Assembly (NCBI GenBank): GCA_041242255.1 | Contig: JBESAV010000001.1 | Location: forward strand, 608,001-672,000 | Direction: 5' to 3' | Origin: Candidatus Altimarinota bacterium | GTDB lineage: Bacteria; Patescibacteriota; Gracilibacteria; UBA1369; GCA-2718715 | DNA: 64,000 bases | In this document: positions 45,340-57,072 of the stretch, one piece after another | Layout of the letters: every line of letters begins with the position of its first letter | Numbering within the stretch: the first letter of the stretch is position 1 | Made by a program: the position numbers and the translations under genes | Notes under the pieces: model-generated | What the model was told of the DNA's origin: nothing | The model's database searches: none | Seen by the model: only the letters and a program-made list of their open reading frames with translations

Positions 45340-45776
45340 TGAGACATAAACTTATACCAGCCTGCTACATCATTTTAATTAAAGACAAAAAAGTTCTTAT
45401 GGTAGAGCGCTTTAATACTGGATATAAAGATGGTTTCTTAAGCCTTCCAGCTGGACATGTCGAACACAAAGAAGATGTTAAAAAAGCTGTTATACGTGAA
45501 GCTAAAGAAGAAATTAATGTTGATTTAGAACCTGAAGACATTCAAGAAAAAATTATTCTACATAGATATAATGATCCTAAAGATTTTGAATACATCGATT
45601 TCTTCTTCACGGCAAATAAATGGTTAGGAGAAATAAAAAATAATGAAGCTGACAAGTGCAGCCAATTAGTATGGGCTGATTTAAATCACTTAGAAGAGTA
45701 CAAAGTCATTCCGTATATAAAATATGTTCTAGATAATCTGGATGATACTCTCAAATTTCTAGAAATAGAGAACTAG
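45339..45776 (+). CDS. NUDIX hydrolase
   Basis: R.NTGY.DG, PAGHVE..E....A.IREA.EE Nudix box. Confidence 0.92.
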   Translation: MRHKLIPACYIILIKDKKVLMVERFNTGYKDGFLSLPAGHVEHKEDVKKAVIREAKEEINVDLEPEDIQEKIILHRYNDPKDFEYIDFFFTANKWLGEIKNNEADKCSQLVWADLNHLEEYKVIPYIKYVLDNLDDTLKFLEIEN

Positions 45777-46672
45777 ATCTCCACCCTAAACCCAGCCGCC
45801 TTTTTATGTCCACCTCCCTCAAAGAGTTGGGCTATTTTACTTACATCAAAATAATCATTATTTGACCTCACAGAAAACTTCATATTATTCTCTGAAGTTT
45901 CAACACCAAGAAGAGCAATATTCTTCTCCTCAACTTGATTCAAATAATCTATGACTTTTTTTACTTCAGTTTCTGAGCAGTTCATCTCTTTCAATTCCTC
46001 AGAGCTTATAATACACGATAAAACACCATTTTTATTCACTTTCATTCTTTTGAAAATCACACCAAACATCCTTAGATTTCTAACACTGTTTTTCTTAAAC
46101 AGTAAATAGTTCAACCTTTGAATATCCACTCCATTCCTAACCAGCTCTCCAACCACCCTTAATGTCTCAGCTGAAGTATTGTCATGTGATAAACCACCAG
46201 TATCAAACAAGATTCCAGCCATCAAAAAGACGGAAATTCCATTTGTTAATTCAAGGTCAAACTGCTCATATAATTTAAATATAATCTCACAAGTAGAGCT
46301 TACATCAAGAACCAAGTTTAAGTCACCAAAACCAGTATGTGAAGCGTGATGATCTACGCTAATTATCGTCTTTCCCTGTAGAGAAGATTTACCTAAACCA
46401 GAAACACTAATAGAACTACAATCCACAAAAACAACTAGATCACATTCATCCGAAATTTTTTTATCACAATCAATTCCTTTCCCAAAAATCAAATCTAAAG
46501 TCTCATCAAACTCATCTACACAAACTAGTTTCACACTCTTATCATAAGCCTCTTCCAGCAAATACTGCATAGTTAGCATACTCCCAACACAGTCGGCATC
46601 TGGACTTTTGTGACCTACAACACATATATTTTTAGACTCACTTACCAGTTTGGTAAAAACACTAAGCTCCAT
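45773..46672 (-). CDS. DHH/DHHA1 phosphoesterase (NrnA-like)
   Basis: H.SPD.D, VDC, DHH, DTG, GGGH..AAG. Confidence 0.93.
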   Translation of the reverse strand: MELSVFTKLVSESKNICVVGHKSPDADCVGSMLTMQYLLEEAYDKSVKLVCVDEFDETLDLIFGKGIDCDKKISDECDLVVFVDCSSISVSGLGKSSLQGKTIISVDHHASHTGFGDLNLVLDVSSTCEIIFKLYEQFDLELTNGISVFLMAGILFDTGGLSHDNTSAETLRVVGELVRNGVDIQRLNYLLFKKNSVRNLRMFGVIFKRMKVNKNGVLSCIISSEELKEMNCSETEVKKVIDYLNQVEEKNIALLGVETSENNMKFSVRSNNDYFDVSKIAQLFEGGGHKKAAGFRVEI

Positions 46673-46673
46673 A

Positions 46674-48407
46674 TTATTTCTTAATAGCTTTTACAAAATC
46701 TTTGTAGGGTAATGCATTCAACACGTCAGTTTTCTTAACCCAACCTCTTTTAGCATACTTAACACCTAGCTTCATCAACTCTAAACCATCAACATTATGT
46801 GCATCAGTAGTTATGGCAAACTTAAGACCATATTCGTGTATTCCTTCATAAACTTGCTGGTAAGGTGTATCCAATCTTAATGGCTGACCATTTATCTCTA
46901 AGAAAGTGTTGTATTCCTTACACAGCTTAAAAATTTTTTTCCAATCCAAATCATTTCCCTTCCTTTTACCAATAAGCCTAGTAGTAGGATGCCCGATCAT
47001 GTTCACAAACGGATTCTTGATTGCTGCTTCAATTCTCTCTTGAAAGTTATTTTCTAATCCTACGTGGATAGATGCAATTACAAAATCAAACTCACCTAAA
47101 ACATCATCACTGTAATCAATACTTCCATCAGCCAAAATATCAACTTCTGTCCCAAATAGTATTGGAAAGTCTAGGCCTTTAGAAACTTTCTCAATCTCTT
47201 GTTTTTTTTCTTTCAAAGCTTTTTCATCTAATCCATTTGCCACAGCTAAGTTTGGCGAATGATCAGTGATTGCAATATATTCATACCCTAGTTCCATGGC
47301 CTTTTTTGCCATATCTTCAATGCTATTCTGACCATCGGAGTAAGTCGAATGGCAATGCAATTCACCTTTTATATCGCTTACATCAATTAACTCGGGAATC
47401 TTACCTTCCAAAGCTAAATCAATCTCTCTATTACCTTGTCTGATCTCTGGTGGAATAAACTGCATCCCTAGTACTTCATACACATCCTTCTCTTCTCTAC
47501 CACCAACTTTTATCTCTTTCTCACCCTCTAGTTTAAAGATACCGTATTCATTAATCTTATAATTTTCTTTTTTTGCTAATGTTCTTAAAACAACATTATG
47601 TGATTGGCTTCCTGTAAAGTACTGCAGCGCAGCCCCAAACTCATCCTCTGAAACAACCCTAAGATCAATTTGAACTCCCGAATGTAATCTACCTGTTATC
47701 TTGGTATCACCCGAAACTTCAACCTGCATCAAAAAGTCTTGCTCTTCGAAAAAGCTCAACACATCTTTTCTATCTTCATCTTTACAACTAACCAGTATAT
47801 CAATATCACCAATAGTTTCTTTACCTCTTCTAGCAGACCCAGCAATCTCTACTCTTAAACTTTTGGGATGAGTTAACATTATTTGCTTAATATCTTCCAA
47901 GTCACTGAATATAACTCCAAGAGGAGTCCTTTTAGAATACTCTTCATGATGCTTTAAACTTTCCAGAATCTTTTCAGAGCTTTTCTTTCCCATTCCTTTT
48001 AGTCCAGCAATACTTCCATCTTCAAGACCTTTTTTTAATTTATCAATATTGTCAATTCCTAATTCTTTATAAAATTTCTTAACTTTTTTAGGACCAAGAT
48101 TTTTAATTTCAAGCATATCCAATAATCCTTGTGGAACATTTTTTTTAAGTTCCTGTAACTCTTTTATTTCTCTTGTTTTTAGATATTCAACAATCTTGTG
48201 CTCAATAGCATCTCCAATACCTGGAATCTTTTCCTTCATATGTTCTTCTTCCAGGTCAACATATTCAGAAATATCTTTGGGCAAATTCCTAAGAATTTCA
48301 GAAACCTTGTTGTATGAGCGAACTCTAAAGAAATCATTTTTAGCATCACGAATCTCATGTATATGAGCAAAAGTATCAAAAATCTTAGCTAATTCCTCAT
48401 TTATCAT
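46674..48407 (-). CDS. polX: DNA polymerase X with PHP domain
   Basis: AGS.RR.KETIGDIDIL, QYFTGS, H.HS.YSDG, ITDHS, TDAH. Confidence 0.96.
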   Translation of the reverse strand: MINEELAKIFDTFAHIHEIRDAKNDFFRVRSYNKVSEILRNLPKDISEYVDLEEEHMKEKIPGIGDAIEHKIVEYLKTREIKELQELKKNVPQGLLDMLEIKNLGPKKVKKFYKELGIDNIDKLKKGLEDGSIAGLKGMGKKSSEKILESLKHHEEYSKRTPLGVIFSDLEDIKQIMLTHPKSLRVEIAGSARRGKETIGDIDILVSCKDEDRKDVLSFFEEQDFLMQVEVSGDTKITGRLHSGVQIDLRVVSEDEFGAALQYFTGSQSHNVVLRTLAKKENYKINEYGIFKLEGEKEIKVGGREEKDVYEVLGMQFIPPEIRQGNREIDLALEGKIPELIDVSDIKGELHCHSTYSDGQNSIEDMAKKAMELGYEYIAITDHSPNLAVANGLDEKALKEKKQEIEKVSKGLDFPILFGTEVDILADGSIDYSDDVLGEFDFVIASIHVGLENNFQERIEAAIKNPFVNMIGHPTTRLIGKRKGNDLDWKKIFKLCKEYNTFLEINGQPLRLDTPYQQVYEGIHEYGLKFAITTDAHNVDGLELMKLGVKYAKRGWVKKTDVLNALPYKDFVKAIKK

Positions 48408-48434
48408 ACTAATAGTTAAACTAAGTACAACATA

Positions 48435-50393
48435 CTAAATTCCTTGCAACTTTGTCTTCATAAAAGCAAATATAGGCTTGCGAAAATAAAAAGCTATGCT
48501 TCCTGACAAAAAGTAAATTAAAATATAGACCCAAAAAATATTAAAAGTTTCATCACTCTCAACATCCTTAATAAAACCTAAGGGGACCTTTTGTTCAGTT
48601 TCAATCTTAGCAATTTTCAAAAGCTCACCTTCAAGATACTCATATTCAACTTCATCACCAACCACAAATTCACCTTCAAGATCATCATAGATAAAGTCAG
48701 CCCCAGAAATATTAATAAGCTGATTCACTATGTCTAATTCTTTTATATACCCAATATCATTTTTAATAATAGGATTCGCCTGACTTTTACTTATGTACTT
48801 AGTCCAAGTCCACTCACCAAGGTCAGCATAAGACTGACCTTCAATTGATTTACCATATTCTAATTTCTGGATTACTTTTCCTCCTCCATCAATTATTTCT
48901 ACAGTACCACCAGAATTTGAAAAACCTGTAACCTCAACTACTAAGTAGTCAGATGACTCTACATTCATTCCATCAAGCTTTACGGTTTTATTATTGAGAC
49001 CAATACTCCAACCATTAAGCTCCAAATCACCTTCACCATAGTTATACAGCTCTATCCACTCATTCCCAGAATCTTTTCCCTCAGGATTAGGCAAAATTTC
49101 ACTTATACTAATATCTGAATATTTCATATAATTTTTTTCTGATAAATCCTCATCCTCACTTAATTCTTTTGTATCCTCTTTAATTTCTTCAGAAAGATTA
49201 CTTATTTGCATTTGATAAGTCTGTCCACTTTCTGAATTTTCATACTTTATCTCTTCAACCAGTTCACCATCCTTAAATAATCTTACCGAATCTCCAGAAT
49301 TATTTAGACCAATTCCACTCAAAGAATTATAAATTTCAACTTCTTGACCAGCCTCAAAAAACACCTCACTTAGATCAAACTCAGCACTTTGACCCTCTGA
49401 GTCATCTAACACCCAACCAGCACCATATCCATCAACATCTGAAATATTTCTTAATCTAATCCACTCGTTTCCAGTGTCTGAACCTTCTGGATTCGCAATA
49501 AAGTCAACAATTTTTAGATCCAATATAGCAACATCCTCAAAATCATCATCAACCTCCTCAACTACCTCCTCCTCAGTCACAATTTCATCAGCACTCCCTT
49601 CAGAGGAAGAAATCTCAGGTAGAACAGATACAAATAAATTAGTCGTATCTTTTTTCCCAAGGGAATTCATAACCTGCAATTCAACTACATAATTACCAAC
49701 ATTATCAAAGCTTACAGCAGCAGGATTTTCTTTGTCTGATAATTCACCATTACCAAAATCCCATTTGAATTCTAAATCCAATCCATTCGGATCCAAGCTA
49801 GAGCTCCCATCTAAATTTATAGCCACCTCTCCATACCCCACAGTTTCACCAGTTTGGATTTCAATTTTAGCCTCTGGTTCACTAATGTCATTAATATTTT
49901 TATCTCCTGGAGTATCTTCAACTATAAGTATCCAATCATTTTCAAGATAATTCAGTCTTCCAACGTGCGTTCCATCTTCTATATTTTCTGAATTAAAACA
50001 TTCACCAAGTCCAAAACTCTCAAACGCTTCAACTTCCTCAATCTCATTTTTACTCACCTCTTCAGATTTCCAACAAAAGCCATCAATTAACTCATTTCCA
50101 TAGTAAATCAAAATTTGCTCAGTAGTACTAACAAGATCTTTTTCTATCACATTATATTTATCTAAAGTCTGTCCCTCATAAACATTTTTGCCATCTATTA
50201 TCACGCTTACAAGATTAGCATCAACATCCTCAGGTCTATTAACAAAAAATTCCAAATAATCACCATCATCATAGTCAAAATTAATCTCACTTAAACCTAT
50301 ATAAGTTTTGCTAGGTAGTTCAACACTGCAGGCTAAAGTAAAGCTACTTTGAAAACACATAATCCCGATAAGTCCAATCAAAATTCTCTTCAT
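48435..50393 (-). CDS. Lamin-tail and PKD domain surface protein
   Basis: Signal peptide; ISEILPNPEG.D..NEWIELYN LTD repeats; WDFGNG PKD; C-terminal TM. Confidence 0.88.
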   Translation of the reverse strand: MKRILIGLIGIMCFQSSFTLACSVELPSKTYIGLSEINFDYDDGDYLEFFVNRPEDVDANLVSVIIDGKNVYEGQTLDKYNVIEKDLVSTTEQILIYYGNELIDGFCWKSEEVSKNEIEEVEAFESFGLGECFNSENIEDGTHVGRLNYLENDWILIVEDTPGDKNINDISEPEAKIEIQTGETVGYGEVAINLDGSSSLDPNGLDLEFKWDFGNGELSDKENPAAVSFDNVGNYVVELQVMNSLGKKDTTNLFVSVLPEISSSEGSADEIVTEEEVVEEVDDDFEDVAILDLKIVDFIANPEGSDTGNEWIRLRNISDVDGYGAGWVLDDSEGQSAEFDLSEVFFEAGQEVEIYNSLSGIGLNNSGDSVRLFKDGELVEEIKYENSESGQTYQMQISNLSEEIKEDTKELSEDEDLSEKNYMKYSDISISEILPNPEGKDSGNEWIELYNYGEGDLELNGWSIGLNNKTVKLDGMNVESSDYLVVEVTGFSNSGGTVEIIDGGGKVIQKLEYGKSIEGQSYADLGEWTWTKYISKSQANPIIKNDIGYIKELDIVNQLINISGADFIYDDLEGEFVVGDEVEYEYLEGELLKIAKIETEQKVPLGFIKDVESDETFNIFWVYILIYFLSGSIAFYFRKPIFAFMKTKLQGI

Positions 50394-50582
50394 ATAATAC
50401 TAAAATTAGATACTTATCAAACATACTCAAACCACTTTACCAAAATAAAAAAACCTTAGTTGACCATATGTGCAAAACTATTTAAACTAAATCTGACCTT
50501 TGTGGAGCGATTGCAACGATTTCTGAAAAAACAAAAATGATACAAACAGCTTCGTAAGGGCGTAGTACCCTAAACCAAAACT

Positions 50583-52100
50583 ATGGAAACTTTATATATG
50601 ATAATCGCGGGTATTGCTGGCTTGATTTTTGGTGGTTTCGTTACTTATAAAATGTTAACAAACAAGCACAAAAGCCTCGCAGCAAAATCTGATGAAATTA
50701 TACAAGACGCAAAGAAAAAAGCTCAGCAACAGATAGCTGAAGCCAAAAAACAACGTGATCAAATGCTCAAAGAAATAAGAAAAAAAGAGCAAGATAAAAG
50801 AAATGATTTAAGAAACAATGAAAGCCGACTCATCAAAAAAGAAAACGAGTTAGAAGAAAAGATTGAACAAATAGACCACAAAAGAGAAAAACTAGAGCAA
50901 GAGCTAAAAACTATCGAATCTCAAAAGAAAGATTTAAACTCAAAAGTTCAAGAGCAGCAAAAAGAACTAGAAAGAATCGCTTCACTAAGTAAAACGGATG
51001 CACAACAAGAATTAATAAAAAAGGTAGAACAAGAATTCAACCCCGATCTAGTTAAGTATGTTAAAGACCTAGAGGAAAAAGCCAAGAAAGAAGCCAATGA
51101 AAAAGCCAAAGCTATCATGGTTTCAGCTATGCAAAAATATGCTGCTGAAACAGCATCTGAAAGCACAGCTACAATAGTACAACTTCCATCTGATGAAATG
51201 AAAGGACGAATCATCGGGCGTGAGGGTCGAAACATCAACACCTTCGAACACATGACCGGAGTTGATGTAATTGTAGACGATACTCCAGGAACAGTTATAA
51301 TTGCCGGTTTTGATTTGATGAGAAGGTATATTGCAAAAGTATCACTAGAAAGGCTAGTAACTGATGGAAGAATCCATCCAGGTCGAATCGAAGAGGTTGT
51401 AGCCAAAGTAGAATCTGAGGTCGAACATCTTGTTAAAGATTTAGGTGAGAAAGCAGCGTACGAAGTAGGTGTTGTAGGTTTACCATCAGATATGATCAGA
51501 CTTCTTGGGAAATTGAAATTCAAAACTTCTTATGGACAGAATCTCCTCAAACAATCTGTAGAGATAGCGAACCTATCAGGAATAATGGCTTCACAAATAG
51601 GAGCTGACGCTTCTTTAGCTAAAAAGGCTGGTTTACTTCATGCTATTGGAAGATCAGTTGATCATGAAGTATCTGGAAACTTCTTCCAAATAGGAGCAGA
51701 TATTTGTAAAAAATATGGTTTATCTGAGAAACTAACAAAAATCATTGAAAACATGCAAGACATGCATGATCAGACTTCAGCAGAGGGAGCTATTGTTGAG
51801 TCTGCTTATCAGATCTCATGTAACAGACCAGGGGTAGATAAAACTAATCTAGAGTCATTTATAAAAAGAATGGAGGAGCTAGAAAACATTGCTAAATCAT
51901 TTGAAGGAGTAACAGGTGCTTACGCTGTTCACACAGGAAACGAAGTCCGAGTAATAGTTGATTCTGAGAAAATTGATGATCTAAAAACTATTAAACTATC
52001 TCATCAGATAGCTAAAAAAATAGAAGAAGACACGCAATTTAGCGGTCTTGTAAAAGTAACAGTACTAAGAGAGCGTAGAATAGAAGCTATCGCAGAATAA
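50583..52100 (+). CDS. rny: Ribonuclease Y homolog with degenerate HD site
   Basis: TM, coiled coil, KH (MKGRIIGREGRNI), DGRIHP, SYGQN; HD replaced by HA. Confidence 0.92.
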   Translation: METLYMIIAGIAGLIFGGFVTYKMLTNKHKSLAAKSDEIIQDAKKKAQQQIAEAKKQRDQMLKEIRKKEQDKRNDLRNNESRLIKKENELEEKIEQIDHKREKLEQELKTIESQKKDLNSKVQEQQKELERIASLSKTDAQQELIKKVEQEFNPDLVKYVKDLEEKAKKEANEKAKAIMVSAMQKYAAETASESTATIVQLPSDEMKGRIIGREGRNINTFEHMTGVDVIVDDTPGTVIIAGFDLMRRYIAKVSLERLVTDGRIHPGRIEEVVAKVESEVEHLVKDLGEKAAYEVGVVGLPSDMIRLLGKLKFKTSYGQNLLKQSVEIANLSGIMASQIGADASLAKKAGLLHAIGRSVDHEVSGNFFQIGADICKKYGLSEKLTKIIENMQDMHDQTSAEGAIVESAYQISCNRPGVDKTNLESFIKRMEELENIAKSFEGVTGAYAVHTGNEVRVIVDSEKIDDLKTIKLSHQIAKKIEEDTQFSGLVKVTVLRERRIEAIAE

Positions 52101-52123
52101 CTAAGTTAACAGAATTATATAAA

Positions 52124-52150
52124 TTAGCACTTCAGGTTGAGGAGTGCTAT
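52124..52150 (+). promoter_or_regulatory. CIRCE operator upstream of groES
   Basis: TTAGCACTT-N9-GAGTGCTAT (2 mismatches to consensus). Confidence 0.88.
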
Positions 52151-52193
52151 TTTTCATGATAATTTTTAGTCATCACAATTTAACATATATGAT

Positions 52194-52490
52194 ATGTCGA
52201 AACTTATACCATTAAGTGACTTCATTGTTGTAAAGCCATCAGGTGGTCAAGAAAAAACAGCATCTGGTATTTATATTCCAGATTCAGCAAGTAAAGAGAA
52301 ACCACAAGAAGGTGAAATTCTTGCAGTTGGACCAGGTCGAAAAAATGAGGACGGTTCAAGACAATCAATGGATCTAGAAGTAGGGGACATAGTTATGTTC
52401 AAAAAATACGCCCCAGATGAATTCAAAAAAGACGGACAAGATTTACTTGTTTTGAGAGAAACCGATGTTATCGCAAAACTACAAAAATAA
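52194..52490 (+). CDS. groES: Co-chaperonin GroES
   Basis: PL.D, TASGIYIPD, AVGPG. Confidence 0.98.
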   Translation: MSKLIPLSDFIVVKPSGGQEKTASGIYIPDSASKEKPQEGEILAVGPGRKNEDGSRQSMDLEVGDIVMFKKYAPDEFKKDGQDLLVLRETDVIAKLQK

Positions 52491-52504
52491 TCTAACTCTA
52501 ATAA

Positions 52505-54139
<1,635 letters not shown>

Positions 54140-54166
54140 AAGAGTACATAAAAGCAATACTTCCTA

Positions 54167-54192
54167 AACACCTAGTAAATGCTGGGTGTTTT
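54167..54192 (+). terminator. groEL terminator
   Basis: AAACACCTAG-loop-CTGGGTGTTTT. Confidence 0.75.
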
Positions 54193-54247
54193 TAAAATAC
54201 AATTGACTACTTTTAAAGCCTAATATAATATCTCACCACAAACACAT

Positions 54248-54322
54248 TGGGGTATGGCCAAGTGGTAAGGCAGCGGATTTTGGTTCCGCCATTCGGGGGT
54301 TCGAATCCCTCTACCCCAGCCA
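54248..54322 (+). tRNA. tRNA-Gln(TTG)
   Basis: Cloverleaf, U1-A72, anticodon TTG, CCA end. Confidence 0.96.
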
Positions 54323-54405
54323 TTTACTTCCTATGTAGGGAGTTTTTGTTTTACAAGTAAATATTTTTTGGTTATTAATTAGTTAGATAAAATAACCAAA
54401 AAGCA

Positions 54406-55077
54406 GTGGTTAAAAAGTTATCTAATACCAGATCAACAGAAGTTGCAGCCAAATTATGGGATCTCAATGCCCAAGCTTCTTTTGAGAATGGTCAAATTAA
54501 AGGCTATGATCTTCTCAGGTCTCAAGAAGAATTAGCAGAATCAATTCAAGATCAACAAGTAAAACAAGAAATTAAATCTATCAGTAAAGATATATCCAGC
54601 TCAATCAATGAAGTTACCCTATCCAAGCAACCTGATGGTGTCGGAGGACTTTATAACAAATATCAAGAAATTCACCTCAATCAAAACCTAATCAACTTTT
54701 CTCAAAGAAGATCAGGTCAATCCATCAATGATTCAATCAAAGAAACCTCTGAAAGAATCCAACACGTCTATCAGCATGAGAATCAACATGCAGAACAAAA
54801 CGACCACCAAGCACTTCGTTTACCAAAAGATGGTCTTCTTTTGGGTGGGGTACTACTCTCTGCAACTGAACTAATCGAAGGATCAAACATGCATATAACA
54901 GGAACTCATTCCTCTAATGGAAAACAATTAGTATCAAATGATTACTTGGCTATATACAAAAAATTTCAAAAAGCCCTAGCCAACTCAGGTCATTCTATCA
55001 ACAAAGTTCTAAAATCATTACAAGACAGAGACATTACTCATTTAGATGATAGGTTTACAGACCAATTCGCTGCCTAA
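54406..55077 (+). CDS. Hypothetical protein with HExxH...E zincin-like motif
   Basis: GGLY, HENQH, downstream ELIEG; GTG start. Confidence 0.55.
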   Translation: MVKKLSNTRSTEVAAKLWDLNAQASFENGQIKGYDLLRSQEELAESIQDQQVKQEIKSISKDISSSINEVTLSKQPDGVGGLYNKYQEIHLNQNLINFSQRRSGQSINDSIKETSERIQHVYQHENQHAEQNDHQALRLPKDGLLLGGVLLSATELIEGSNMHITGTHSSNGKQLVSNDYLAIYKKFQKALANSGHSINKVLKSLQDRDITHLDDRFTDQFAA

Positions 55078-55879
55078 ATTTATCAACCATTTTTCTTATC
55101 TCTGTATGCTCATTAGGTGCAACAGGTATGTATTCCTCGTCTCCTATTTTTAGGTTACCATCAACACCACTTTGATCTACTAATGCCGAGTGAGTGGCAT
55201 GTCTACCATCTTCAGTCCTGGCACTTAGTTTTACCACATGTGTAGCTCTTGCCATTATATCTCCAACATTCACATTTCTCACAAATTCCTCAGCTCCAAT
55301 CAACGATGCAACAGATTTCAAAATCTTATATTGAAGCTCTTTTCGTATTCTACCTAGTTCAAAAGGTCTCGCCATAAAGTCAGTATCTATACCAGAAACA
55401 ACAACGTGAGCCCCATCCAACCTCAAGCTTTCAATAACCTCCACGATTTCACCATCATAAAACTGAACTTCATCAATAAAAACTATTGCATCTGATAAAT
55501 CATAGTTGTTTTCTTGAAAGTAATACAATATCTCTCTGGCCATTTCATTTTTAACAGCTTCAATACTTTCACCCTTATATTCTCTACTACGTATATTCTC
55601 ATCACGAGTATCAGCCGAAGGCTTAAAATAAAAAACCTTTCTTTGCTCTAAGTCTTCAGACATTGTCTCACGAAACTTAAAAAAAAAAGAACTCTTCCCA
55701 GAGCGCATAGGTCCCGTTATAAAAGTCACTGTACCACCTTCAAGAGAGAAGTGCTCTTTAAGACAGTCTATTATATGTTCTACTCTTGTAGTTTTTGACT
55801 CCTGATGAGCCAAGCGAACTTCCGCTCTAAATTCATTAAATTTAACCATCATATAATTTACATCCACAATAATATACAC
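55055..55879 (-). CDS. tdk: Thymidine kinase (TK1 family)
   Basis: GPMRSGKS, FKP..DTR, IDEVQF, GIDTDF..PF; start uncertain. Confidence 0.9.
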   Translation of the reverse strand: MYIIVDVNYMMVKFNEFRAEVRLAHQESKTTRVEHIIDCLKEHFSLEGGTVTFITGPMRSGKSSFFFKFRETMSEDLEQRKVFYFKPSADTRDENIRSREYKGESIEAVKNEMAREILYYFQENNYDLSDAIVFIDEVQFYDGEIVEVIESLRLDGAHVVVSGIDTDFMARPFELGRIRKELQYKILKSVASLIGAEEFVRNVNVGDIMARATHVVKLSARTEDGRHATHSALVDQSGVDGNLKIGDEEYIPVAPNEHTEIRKMVDKFRQRIGL

Positions 55880-55966
55880 CTCAAAATTTATCTAAAAACT
55901 TAAAACACAAAATCTATAGTGAAAAACTTGTCAAAATTTGGTATAATTAAATGATTAACACCAAAC

Positions 55967-57034
55967 ATGAACTACTTAAAAGAGCAGTTTACATTAATTC
56001 AAGAAAGCCAAATCTGGCAAAGCTTCGCTGCACAATACACAACAAGCCTTGTACTATTCGTCCTAACCTGGTTTTTATTAAAACTTATAAAGGTAAATAT
56101 AATTACAAAGCTTTATAATTCAGCACAAGTTAGCCGTTACAAGTACGATAACCTAGTAACAAATATCCTAAATGACATTACAACCTTTACTTATCTTGTT
56201 GTAAGTTTTTATGTTGCCTCTTTTCCAGTCCAACTATCAGAAAAATCAACTCTAATCATCCAAGGACTATTACTTTTCAGTCTTGTATTAGAGATATCTC
56301 GTGCCTCTACTAAAACAGTAGACTTCTACTTTAGGCAAAAGCACCAAAGGTACACCAAGCATCAAAAAACCAATGTAAACGCAATCAAGAAAATCATTCA
56401 AATTTTCTTATTCACATTCGGAGTTCTAGCTATAATCGACAATCTAGGTTTCGATATAACTACCTTAGTAGCTTCATTAGGTATAGGTGGTATTGCTGTC
56501 GCCCTTGCTGCTCAAAGCATATTGGGAGATCTATTTAGTTCAGTCGCCATATATCTAGACAGACCGTTTGAAGTTGGTGATTTCATTAAGATCAATGAAG
56601 AAATAAAAGGTAAAATCAAATCAATCGGTATTAAATCAACTAGACTTAAAGGACCAAAAGGTCAAGAAATCATTATCTCCAACAACAATCTAACCTCAGC
56701 CTTCGTCCAAAACACAGGCCGAATCAACAAGCGCCGGGTCAAAATAATCTTAGGCGTAGACTACAAAACCCCAGATAAAACCCTTGCTAACATTCCAGCA
56801 ATCCTTGAAAAAATAGTAGATTCAGTTGAAAACACTGAATTTAAACTAGCTTTCGTAAAAGAGTTAGGAGATTTCAGTATAAACTATAAATTTGTATATA
56901 ATGTGCTAACCGGTAAGTATGCAGACTATACAAAAGCTCACAACGAAATCATGTTACAGATCAAGAAGGAATTCGATAAGAAAAACATCGTACTAAGTTA
57001 CCCTACTCAAACAATTATCATCGAAAAAAATTAA
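55967..57034 (+). CDS. Small-conductance mechanosensitive channel
   Basis: ASLGIGGIAVALAAQ, DRPF.VGD.I, IGIKST. Confidence 0.93.
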   Translation: MNYLKEQFTLIQESQIWQSFAAQYTTSLVLFVLTWFLLKLIKVNIITKLYNSAQVSRYKYDNLVTNILNDITTFTYLVVSFYVASFPVQLSEKSTLIIQGLLLFSLVLEISRASTKTVDFYFRQKHQRYTKHQKTNVNAIKKIIQIFLFTFGVLAIIDNLGFDITTLVASLGIGGIAVALAAQSILGDLFSSVAIYLDRPFEVGDFIKINEEIKGKIKSIGIKSTRLKGPKGQEIIISNNNLTSAFVQNTGRINKRRVKIILGVDYKTPDKTLANIPAILEKIVDSVENTEFKLAFVKELGDFSINYKFVYNVLTGKYADYTKAHNEIMLQIKKEFDKKNIVLSYPTQTIIIEKN

Positions 57035-57072
57035 TTCATATGCTAGTCTGTAGCCACTTTTAAACTAACTAA

